64,000 nucleotides of DNA from Amoebophrya sp. A120 (lineage: Eukaryota > Protista > Dinoflagellata), in contig CAJINV010000013.1 in NCBI GenBank assembly GCA_905178155.1, forward strand, positions 1,264,392 to 1,328,391, given 5' to 3'. Shown here piece after piece: positions 12,401-22,901 of the stretch (positions are counted from its first letter, which is position 1; each line of letters opens with the position of its first letter). The notes below the pieces were generated by a model. The model worked only from the letters and a program-made list of their open reading frames with translations. It was not told the origin of the DNA and did not search any database. The position numbers were made by a program, and so were the translations under genes.

Positions 12401-14454
12401 GATTCTTCTTCACGACAGTAGAATCGGAAGAAATCGTCGGCTCGAGGCGGTAGCACGCCTTGATCGACTGCAATTCTAGATCGCCAAAGGTCACGAGCTG
12501 CGTGATGGGAAAGATCGTGTCTGTGGGCGTGAACTGCGCGTAGCCTTCGCGTTTTCGGTACTTCTTCAGCACTTGGAAAATCTGGCGCAGCTCGTACGCC
12601 TGGCTGCCAGGCGGTGGTGACTCAGAATCTTTCCCGTGTCGCCCGTGCAACTGATTTTCTATTTCGACCTTATGATCGATCGCGGCCCCTGGAGTGCTGG
12701 AAAAAACGGCATCATGAGCGGTAACTTCCCCACTACCGGCCTCGAAAACTTCCGCGAAACCCAACTCCTTATCCATATTGGCCCGGAAGTCCGCCGCGAG
12801 CGTAGGCGCCGCCCGGTCCAGAAACTCCCAAAGCAACAGGGCCGCGCGCTCCGTCTCTCGCAGCGGGGACTTGCTGTGCAGCCGGGGAGCGTACCGGGGA
12901 TCGGTATTTGGCGAAGTAGAACTTGCGGCACTCGTCCCCAATATTACTTCCTTCCACAGATTTTCCAAATCGAGGAACCTTTCCACAATAACATTGCCCC
13001 CACTCGTGACTGCCTCGTCCCCACCAGTTGCGGCCACGAGCGGCCTCTGCGAAGTAGTAGATCCACCCTGATTGTTGAGAAACTTCTGGCCGCCTTCCCC
13101 CGCGGCGGCGGAACGTAATCTGTGAGAAGATGAGTGCTCGATATTGCTCAAAATGTTAGATATCTTCACAAACCCGTCAGACAGAAGGGTGTGGAAAAAT
13201 TGCAGGTCGTTCGCTATTTCTTCCTCGGAGAACGGGATGGTGTCGATGTTCTGCTCCCACACTTTCACCACTTCCCTACCACCGGCACTCGCCTTGTTGC
13301 GCGCGATCAGATACCCGACGCCCCGCGCCTTCACTTCCGTGACGACCATGGGGAGCGCGGCCTTGTCCTTCCGGAGCCCGAAGGAGAAAAACCACCCATT
13401 CTGCACCTTGGAGTCACAGTACTGGTTGTTGCGAAAACAAAACTCCGACAGGTTGATTTCGCGGCACTCGACCAGTAGCGCAGGATCCTGGTAGGACTCG
13501 GCCGTAGAGCCCTCAAGATCGTGGTCTTCCCAATACAGGTCGTCGCTGTCGAAGGAATCGTCGGTTTGGAAACGCGACGAAGTCGTGAGGTCCGAAGACG
13601 TTGACTGTAAAGTTTTTGTTACGGTGTACTCTTTTCAAAAAATAGCTTTCGTTTTGTACTTTTCTTCAACAATCAACATCAACGACACACACAACAAAAT
13701 AACGACAACCAGAATTCTTGTTCGCACTACTTACCAACAAGTTTCCGGAGCCCGAACCGGTGGGCGATGTTGACAAAGGAGACAAGGACCTGTCTGCTCC
13801 TGCCCCGGACGAAGATTCGGCGGGCGTCTGCTGAAAAAGCAAGTTCGTCAGCCGCTGAAAATTTGAAAGCAGACTCGTCTCCGACAAATTGGCAAACAAA
13901 AGCCCGTCTAGGAGGTACTGTGCCTGTTCCTTCTGCTCCGGTGTCACCGCGGTAAGTGCGCAAAACGGCCCGTGCTCGGTACTGCTACACGTTGCGGCGG
14001 AGGGAGACACAGGCGGGTGCTCCTCGTCGTACGACGTGCTTTGCTTGACACCCCCGCGGAGGTTCGCAGCATCTTCTTCGTCCTTTCGCCGTCCTCGTCC
14101 CGGCGCTTTTACATTCGCCACTTCCTCGAGCTCCGACCTCGGCACGTATACCGCACTTCGCAACCGGTTGACGAACGCACCGACGCCCGCGCCGTCGATG
14201 GAGAGCGCGGCGTCTGCAAAGTGAAAGGTTCTGTTACTGTGGTCCAGGACTACTAACAAAGAGAGGAGGACGAAGCGCAGCAGGGAAGAGGCCAGACAAA
14301 CACGCGCCGTCGTTGAGGGCACCATTTTTTGCGCGCCGACCAGTGCCACTTTTGTCAGCCTCGTACGAAGCCACAGAGAGGAGTACCTACGGGAACTACA
14401 GGAATAGGACTTTGAAACAAGAGGAGGCACTTCATCTCGTCCTGTGTGTGACAT
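6488..14454 (-). CDS. Large (~2,100-2,200 aa) low-complexity hypothetical protein with a hydrophobic N-terminal segment; start at 14454 or 14325
   Basis: Five ORFs join in frame via GT-AG introns 13605-13734 and 6652-6886 plus four introners (11439, 11165, 9046, 7975). Ends ...EDEDELGD* at 6488. Confidence 0.75.
7975..8225. mobile_element. Introner/MITE family A, 251 bp, DR CAACA
   Basis: TIR TATCAAATGTAAAGTGTCTGGGTCTGGAAG / CTTCCAGACCCAGACATTTTTGCATTTGATA; removing 256 nt joins ...SGEDV to GKSLDSD...; homologous to 25220 and 45796. Confidence 0.95.
9046..9324. mobile_element. Introner/MITE family B, 279 bp, DR AGCTG/AACTG
   Basis: TIR TATCCTGAGTAAAAACGTACCCACACCAGAGT and its perfect reverse complement; removing 284 nt restores the frame (EDTEQLRAA). 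Confidence 0.95.
11165..11378. mobile_element. Introner/MITE, unique family, 214 bp, DR GTCGA
   Basis: Imperfect TIR TATCCAAGAGAAAAAGATTGTAGGTGTAA / TTACACTAACAATGTTTTTTTCCTGCATA; removing 219 nt keeps the frame (EEASIDYFEH). Confidence 0.88.
11439..11700. mobile_element. Introner/MITE family A-related, 262 bp, DR CTCCT
   Basis: TIR with TGTCTGGGTCTGGAAG core; DR at 11434-11438 and 11701-11705; removing 267 nt keeps the frame (RNRKRRRRKPF). Confidence 0.93.
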
Positions 14455-15486
14455 GTCACGTCAAAAAGCAGAGGAGAAACAATCATTCTTTGCGCGAAAG
14501 AAGAAACGTACGTGTGGAGATCTCCGGCTAAGGTACATAAAAGTACAAACCGAAACGTCGATGTCTGATCAGGTAGCAAAACGCATGCAGATTATGTACT
14601 ATGAACGGGTAGAAAAAGAATTGCGTATGCTGCGCTTCTTAAGGTAAGCGGGTAGAAAAAGAAAACTTGAAAGAGTGCGAAAAATTCCTACTGGTGCAGC
14701 TTAACAGACGGGGGAAGGCGAGGGTGGCGAAACGTACATTATGTATGTTTGGGCGAAACATGTGTTGTATGAAGTGGGCCTGTAGGATGTTCGTTTTTTT
14801 TGAAGGGCATTCGATATTCATATTTTTCTTTCACGGAACGGCCCCTGCTAGTGTTCGCGGAACCACAATGGAAGTGAGAGACTAAAGTTAAAACATGCAT
14901 AATCAAAATCGGACAAACCGAAGATTGCAGCGTAAGTAAGTACTTTCTTATCCGGCGCGGGCGCGCCTGATGCTCTTTCACTCATGGTACTGTGAAAAGT
15001 GTCTGCATACCACTGTGCCTGCCTACTGTATACGACGCAGACGAACATCTTCTGGTGCATTCGGTTCTTAGCATTATCGCATAGACACGACGCCATGAAT
15101 TACCTTTTAACCAATCGGGCGCAGCTCTTGCGAAGCTGGTACTCCTTTTCTCTAACTTCGTCATCTTGATCGTGACTGATCATCCACGTTTTACTTTTTT
15201 CAAAAAATAAATTTGTGCACGCGCCATCGCGATCTTTGGAGATGATTCCTGTCTAGTACTAGCACAACTTATATCTTCCCGTCTTATGTTGCAAGTTTCT
15301 TTGTTTCCCTTAATCTTGTTCAGATTTTGGTGTTCAATTTCTCTTCCATACAAATGCCATATTATACTCTTCTCTTCGTTCACAACTTGGACACTAAAGC
15401 TGTGTCCCATATTGACTGCTTGTCGTTTCAAAAACATTCCTAAAACTCCATGAAAAAAATACCTATTTGCCACAGCGCGAACAACA

Positions 15487-18400
15487 CTACAGCAGGCTAT
15501 TACCGGCCTGTACCTGACCAGAGACTGTCTCGTGCAAGTGCATGCTGCCGGCGGTGGCAGTGTCCAGATGGTCCTGAACACGGAATTGGTCGTCCCCCAA
15601 AAGGTCGTGCTGAATACCGGCCCCCGCGGTACTGTGGTAGTGATCGTACACTGCTTGTTGTTGGGCCGCTATTGCGGCGTCTTGCTGTTGCTGCCAACTG
15701 GACAAGGAAAACCCGGGAGCCGAACTGGTCGCCGCCGCGGTGGTGGGGCCTGCTTCTTGGAAGTAGTATTCGACAAAGCGGCTGCAGGACTGAAACAGCT
15801 CCTTCTTCCGCTTCTTCTCGAACTGGCGCAGCAAAAACTGACTGGATTGCGTCACTTCGTGGAAAAAGGTTGGCTTTTTGGCAGATATTGTACCAGAGAC
15901 TTGATGCTTTGTTGCGTTGTTACTGTCTGTGCTACTTCGATGATGAAGTTCTATCGGCTTCACCGAGTCGCCGAATTCGCTCATGTATTCGAGGTAGTCG
16001 GGGAAGAAGGGCAGCGGCATGACGAAGGGTTTGACCAGCTCCCAGACGGCTTCCATTTTCTCCTGCAACAGGGACATGGACGAGGAGGCAAGAACCGCCG
16101 CGTTTTTGCCGCCGTTTTCCTCGCGCGCGATCTGCTGTTTGACCACGTGTGCCGCCCCCATCTCCTGCAACACCAGGTCCACCGGGAAACCCTTGAAGCA
16201 CACCTCGGTCGGCCCAATCAGCGGGTTGCGCTGCTCCGCCGCCCACTGCGCGCCCCGCCCCTCCCAGCGACTGTGATGTTTATTATTTCCGTAGTGATGC
16301 TGCCCAGCATGGTATAAGTCATTGTCCCCGTCAACGTCGGGTTCCAGATCCTCGCACGGATCGTGCTTTTTGTTGTTGAACACCGACAGACTGGAGGTTT
16401 CGAACAGCTCGCCGACCACGTAGCGCACAAACATGGCGTCGTCCACACACTCGTCGTCCAGCCGCCGCTTCGCCTGAATGGCTTTCTTCTCCTCGCTGGA
16501 CGGCCCGCGCTCGTGCTGGTCCACGTCGTTGAAAAAGATGGGCAGGGACATCACGTACGAATGCACGATTTCCCGGATCGCCGCGAGCCGGTTGGCCAGC
16601 GCGAGCTGCTGATCCACCCGCTCCTGTCGCTTCCGGCTTTTCCGCGACCGCTTGCGCGCACTGGCGCCGCCACCGCTCGCCAGGGTGTCGGCCTCCTTTT
16701 CCAGCAGCTTCAAAACCGTCCACCCCCAGCTGTAGAGGTCGAAGGCAAAGTCCAATTCAAATACAAACCCATGGTCCACCGGGATCGGGAAGGGCTGGCC
16801 CTCCACCGTTACGCAGGGCCGCACGTAATATCGGTTCAGCCGGACCGGGTGCATGTACGACCAGGTACCCGCCCGGTGCAGCGGCCCGGTAAGAACCACG
16901 TCCTCCGGCTGCACGACGGTCAGGATCGAGTAATTTTTGATCTCCGGCTGCTGCCCTGAAGATCTCGCAGTGCTGCTCGTTCGACCACTATGAGATTGGT
17001 TGATGTCCTCGTCCGGAGGTCCCGCATCAACTTCTCCGATTTTCGTAGATGAAGATTCTCCTTTGTTGATGTCGAGGTACTCCGGCTTGGGCAGAAAGCG
17101 GAGCTCGCGGGCCAGTTCAAAGTGCAAATTGTCCTCCTCCAGCCAGCGGCTGCGGTAGTCCGTAGCCTTGTCCAGCGTGACGCCCATGCCCAGGTCGAGC
17201 AAGAGCACCTTCGACTTTTCGTTCGCTTTCGCGATCGTGTAGCCGATGTTTAAGGGTTTCAAATCGTGGTGATGCGTCCCGTATTCGTCGTGCAGCATCT
17301 CCAGGCACTGAAACAGCTCCCGTGCGGTTTCCACCACCGGGTTGCTCTGCGCGAAGGCGCCCTTGTCCTCGAAACTCACGTTCACCTTTTCCATGATCAG
17401 CGCGAAAGCGAACTTCACCGCCTTGGAGAATTTGTAGTCCTTTCCGGAGTTGCCGCGGATCATCACCTCCCGGGCGTACTCCCCCTGCTCCAGAAACAGC
17501 AACTTATACAGCTTCGGCACGCAGTGGCGGGCTTTTCCAAGCGACCGCTCCTCCTCCTCCTCCTTGCGGGTAAGGAACAATTGCAGCACCGCCTCGTCCA
17601 TCAGACGGCTGTCCTTGGGCGGCGAGATAAACTTGATCACCCGCTCCTCGCCCTGCGGAATATGCACTGCAAAGAAACTTTAGAACAACTCGTAAATGTG
17701 CAAATAAATCCACGGCAGATCATAATTCTATGCAGTTGTGCAGTTTGTTCTTTCGCTTTACCATTTCTGACATAGTAATTCTAATTTGCACACATACGAA
17801 ATCCAAGCCTTTTGCACACAGTCATAGCTGTGCGGTTCAATCAGTTCGTACACCGCACCGTAGCCCCCCTGTCCGAGACGTTTGCCCACCCGGTAGATTT
17901 GGTTCTCGCTGGCTGGTGCAGCGGCGGTAGTGCTTGCTGAAGGTTCCGGGGTGTTTTTTTCATCTCGATTTTTCTTCTTGCTTTCGACCACTTCGACACA
18001 CGTGTCCCCAGTCTTCGATGGCGTAGATGAAGCTGCTGTAGTTGTCCCCATCGTGTGGTGGAATCCCACGAAGTGTTCCGCGTTGTCAAAGCAATTGTAG
18101 TTCAAGCGAATCCGCGCCGGAAGGAAAAACTCCTGCTGCACGCTCTGCTCAGTGACGAGAAAAGCGGGCGACGGTTTTTTCTGATCCTCGAGTAGCGACT
18201 GGTCTTCTGCTATCTTTTGTTTCATTTTGGTATCTTCCTGATCGACCTGGACACCAGACGCGTAGTTCTCGCTTTTCAAAATCAATCTGCTCTCCCCGAA
18301 TTCCAGGATCCGCTGCAGTTTTTTGGCCAGGGTGCGGTAACTGGTCTCAAAAAACTCCGCGAATTCCTCCTCCTTTTCCTTGTGGTAGGAGCTGCGCAGC

Positions 18401-21400
18401 TTGTGCGCCAGAGTGTTGAACAAAATTGGGAAGGAGTTGAAATTGTAGGCTTCCGCTGCGACAACGGTGTTCCAATCCACGTACAGTACCGCTTCCTCCT
18501 CCGCCAAAAGTTTGTTCTCGTCCATTTTGTTGTCGATTTCGAAGCTCCAGGAATTCAGCGTGTAGTGGTCGGGGTTCGTGTTCAAATTGGTGTCTTCGCG
18601 AGACAGCACGTCGCTCTGCTTGTCGTCCAACGCCTGCAGTTTCTCGTGCTCCAACAGCTGCTCCACATGGTGCAGAAATTTGAACAATTTGTGGCGCCCG
18701 AGCGCGATCGCCTGCTGCTTTTCCTCCGCCTGCCCCCGCGCTTCGGCATCCAGCGCCGTCAAGTACTGGTGAAACACGTCCCGCACGAGGCTGAGTTCCC
18801 CGCGGGTCTGCAGCTTCGGCAGGATGGACTTCTCGATCGAGTGAAAGAACACCTGCAACACCAAGGAGTTTTTGAAGTGGTCTCCTGCAGCTGCGACGGG
18901 AGGAAGAACAGAACTGTCGTGCTGGTTCTTTATTTCGCCATAATTGATATCCTGTTCGTGTTCGTGGTCGTCCCAGAAGGCCGACATAAACTCGAAATCC
19001 AGGTCCATGCCGCTTTTCAGAAACATGTTGGTCTGAAAATCGTTCGCCATCTTGTGCGGAAACGTTGCCACGTCTACATCGGCTGCACCAGCAAAGCTGC
19101 CGGCTGGTGTGCTAGTGCTGCCATGGCCGCTACTGTGCAGCACATTTTCGCTGTTGTACAGCGGGTAGACACCGCCGGCAGCTTCTCTTGTAATTTGGTC
19201 CAAAATGACATCCTTGACCACCGACGAGTCGGCGTTCAAATCCAGGCGAAAGATAATTTTCTGCAAAAATCCCTGCAGCTTCACAAAATCCGTCCGCACC
19301 GCTTCTTGCTCTGCGACAGATGCTTTGTCAGTGGCGCTCTCCACTGGTGCAGCCTTTTCCACGGGTAGAAATGGGTTTTCTAAAGCAGAAATTTTCTTCT
19401 CCACGGGAAAGAAAACCTCGAGAAGGTCGGGGGGCGGCCGAAGACCACGTTGCTGATGGTCGTTGATGGTACTATCATGATTACTTCCCGCTGCACGTCG
19501 CTCTGGGTTGCTGTTTGTCCACCCCACCGCGGCCCTTATAGCGCGGTCGGCAATCCCGTGGTCCTTTTCGCTAGAAGACAACACGTGCTCGCGCAAAAAG
19601 TGGCGCAGCGACAGGCAGCTGACGCCGAATACTTTCATCTGTTGCGTCGGGGATATTCGGCGGTCGAAGTTGAAGTGCAGCTCTGGGAGGTTGGCAACTT
19701 GCTCGACGAGGAGGTCCAGCAGCTCCTCCTCGAGCATGGACTCAGTCGAGGAATGCTCCGGCAAGGGGCTGGGAGAACGCATCTGCGAGGCTTTCATCTC
19801 TACAGCACCGCCTGTAAAAATCGTATCACCCTTCGAATTTATGGCGGAAGAAGAGGAGGTTGGTGAACCCGCAGCTTTTATTGCGCTAGCACTCCCTCGC
19901 AGATTGCCTGTCGAAGGAGTTGCCTTTGGGTCCTTTACTGCGTTCTGGTTTACGTACCGAAAGATGTCCGCTTCTTCTTCCGGCGGCGCCAGCGTGGACG
20001 TCGTGCTGCTTCCGCGCAGGTTTTTCGTCGTCGTCGTCCTGGCTGCCGCGGGCGGGGCGGGGATGGTGCTAGCTTCTTGTCCTGCATCTTCTGCTGCGGT
20101 AGTTAACCTTCTCCCCTCAACTACAGCCGGCGGCGCCCCCGTTGTCAGTGTAGTGCGCACGTCCGACAATAACTGCCCCCTAATTGGCGCAGAAAAAAAA
20201 CCAGCTTCGTGAGAAGCCGCCGCGGAGTAGTGGTCTCGCAGCACTTGCTTCGCCGGAAAGAACACACTTTCAGGGTATAGTGTGCGTGGAGCAAACTCCG
20301 AAGGGTTCTTTTGCGGCTTGGAAGTGCTTGCTTTTGTTTCCTCTTGCATTTTTTGGAGACTCATCTCTTCTTGCTGCAGCGCCATGGCGCTGAGCATGAT
20401 TCTCATCGGACTGTGAGGTGCTGACGCTGACGGGGGAACTACAGTCGCGGGCAAGATGGAACTGTCTGCGCCGTCCTGTGCAAGGGCATTACTGTCTTCT
20501 AAATACGACACCTTCAGCGATTCCAGCCAGAACCGAATTTTCTGCACCTTGCTCTTCTCAGAAGTTGACCGAAAATTATCATCCGTGTAGTCTTTCGCCG
20601 CCCCGGTGCCGAAACTTCCAAAAAACTGCAGTTCGGTGACCGGAGTGATGGCGTCGCCGAAGATTTTTTCCCTGCTCGAACCTGCTTTTCCGGCGTTTTT
20701 CTCCCCGACCACCTTCCGCAGAAACACCTTCTCGTTGGCCCTCCGCCCACCTCCCACAGCCCCGCCCGCCACATGTTCCAGACCCGTGCTGCGCTTCCGC
20801 GATAAAATGTAGCCCATGGCCGCACGCGCACGAGGTGAGGGGAGTCGTGTCTGTTTGCTGGTATAGCTTTTCGAGTCGGGGAGATTGTGTCGTAGGTTAA
20901 TTTCCAAAACGACCACGGGGCGGTGAAAGAAGATTGACAGGCCCGCGTTGCTCGATTCCTGCTCCGCTTGGTGCTGCAAAACCGTGAAGTAGGGACTGTA
21001 GAGTATGGTCTGGGAATTCCATGTACCACTGCGACCACCACTCCGGCCACTGAAACCAACCGCAGTGTGCATGCCTGCGAAGGAAGAAGCAGGGTAAAAC
21101 ACGTTTGCCGAACCTCCGATGTCCTCCGCAAATCCGGAATTGAAATTCCACTCCGCCGATACAGGAAGCTCAAGCGCCGACGCGTCGTTTGCCGGGGGTG
21201 TCGCAGCTGCTTCGGGAAAAGCAGCCGCACTAGGGTCACCGGCGCCGGTTGTTGGGCCGAGGTAAGAAGCGAGGCCGGGAGAGGGTGTCGTGAGCTCTTC
21301 ATCAGGGATGATCGGATCTTCTGCTTCGACAACATGTCCGTGCCCACTTGCGGCTGTGCCGTAGCTTTCAAAATCAAGCGCGAGGGGGAAAATGCTCACC

Positions 21401-21900
21401 GAGCTTCTTGCCCTTCCTCGTTTTGCTCGAAAGTGATTCGACCGGTGCTCACTCCGCAAAAAGATGCCGATCGGGTTCTTGTGACCGCCTTCTTGCAGAA
21501 GTGTTGGCTTCTTGGAATGTGGAACTGCGTGTGCGGCTTGCGACAACGCGTAATAATCCCATGGCACCACGTAGGAATTCGGAAAGTTCACCAAGCCAAA
21601 GTTCCCCGCGCTGGCGCCCCCGGTGCGGCCTGGCGACTGTCCACCTTTCTCGTCTACTTTCTGCGGTATCACAGGTGCGGGAACGCCGCGCTCTGTTTCG
21701 TTGCCCCAGCCGGTCGGCGTTGCAGCTCCTTCAAGAGCCGCCCCGGCGTCTTGCTCGGCGTGGGTAGAGGCGGAGGCACTGCTTTCCTGGTTGTCGTAGC
21801 GTCGGACATCCTGCGCAGCAAGGCACGCAGGCGAGTACAGAAACAGCAGAAACGACGACAAGAAACCAGACCGGCACAAAACCGCTTGCAAAGTGGTCAT
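15487..21900 (-). CDS. ~2,080-aa protein with predicted signal peptide and C-terminal Ser/Thr protein kinase domain; one intron at ~17661-17830
   Basis: N-terminus MTTLQAVLCRSGFLSSFLLFLYSPACLAAQ. Kinase motifs LGQGGYGAVY, VIK, HHDLKPLNI, DLG, AGTWSYMHP and DLYSWG are split across two same-frame ORFs. Confidence 0.85.
17661..17826. mobile_element. Degenerate introner-like intron in the kinase domain, 166 bp
   Basis: TATG...CATA ends with a weak TIR (TGCAAAGAAACTT / AAGCCTTTTGCA); flanking 5-mers differ; element+5 = 171 nt is in frame. Confidence 0.6.
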
Positions 21901-22901
21901 CCTGGTTGAACGCAGCTTCGCGCCCGCGCAGCACCAAAGCTGCCCTACTATCTCACCATTAGGGCAGCGACGCGACCTGCGTGCATTTGTGACGCGGATT
22001 TCGACTCGTGCCGGCGAAAACACCACCGCAACAACCTGGAACTAGATGTTATGGTGCGTCGAAACAAAACAAATCGTACGCAGTTCGCTGTCGCTTTTCC
22101 CTTACCGTATTTCTCTAAGAACAGCACACCTCTCAGACGCAAATTTTTCTCCCAGACGCGGGGAGAACAGAGTAGACCTCCGGAAGGTAAAGAGCTGAAA
22201 AATGCACAAAATGTCCTACCCCGGACCCCTGATCGACGTCCCGCGCCCACTGCCAAGATTCTCCTCTGGTCTACTTGTAGCTCCCTCAGTAAAGGAGTGG
22301 AAACATCAAGGTGCAGTATGATCGACGCTGTGATCTTCTTGTAGATTGCATCAAGGGTGGACCAACCTAGCCTATCTCTCTCTCTCTCGCTCTAACAACA
22401 TCTTAAACCTGGCAACATGTCAGCGCAGTTCATCTGAACAAACGATGGCGCAGCTGCGACAACTTTACGACAATCACCGCATCGTCGGCGGTTTCGGGGC
22501 AATTTTCCTGTTCGCTGGGGAAGAACCTTGAAAAAGTACTATTCCTGCATAAAAAGTTCGAGAGTCCGTGTCAAACAGTGGAAATGAATTCCAATGCTGC
22601 GCGGGTGTTCCGAATGGCGTCATTTATTGCTACATAAAAACACTTCTCCGGAGGATCGCGTTTGCCCTCTCTCGAGGTCTGGCTTCTCCAGTACAGATAC
22701 TTTTTCAAGAGCCTACCAGAGCTCGGTTGCGCAAAGGATTTGGATTGTTTTATGTCGAATTGACTATGATTCAAATACTTTCGAGAGGACGCGTCGATTT
22801 GACTTTGCAACTCTCGACGACGGTCCTGCGAAACAGACCAAACGATGAACACTAAAAGCGGGACAAGTGCGAATTTGAATTCCAAGCGTCCCGTGCTTCT
22901 T

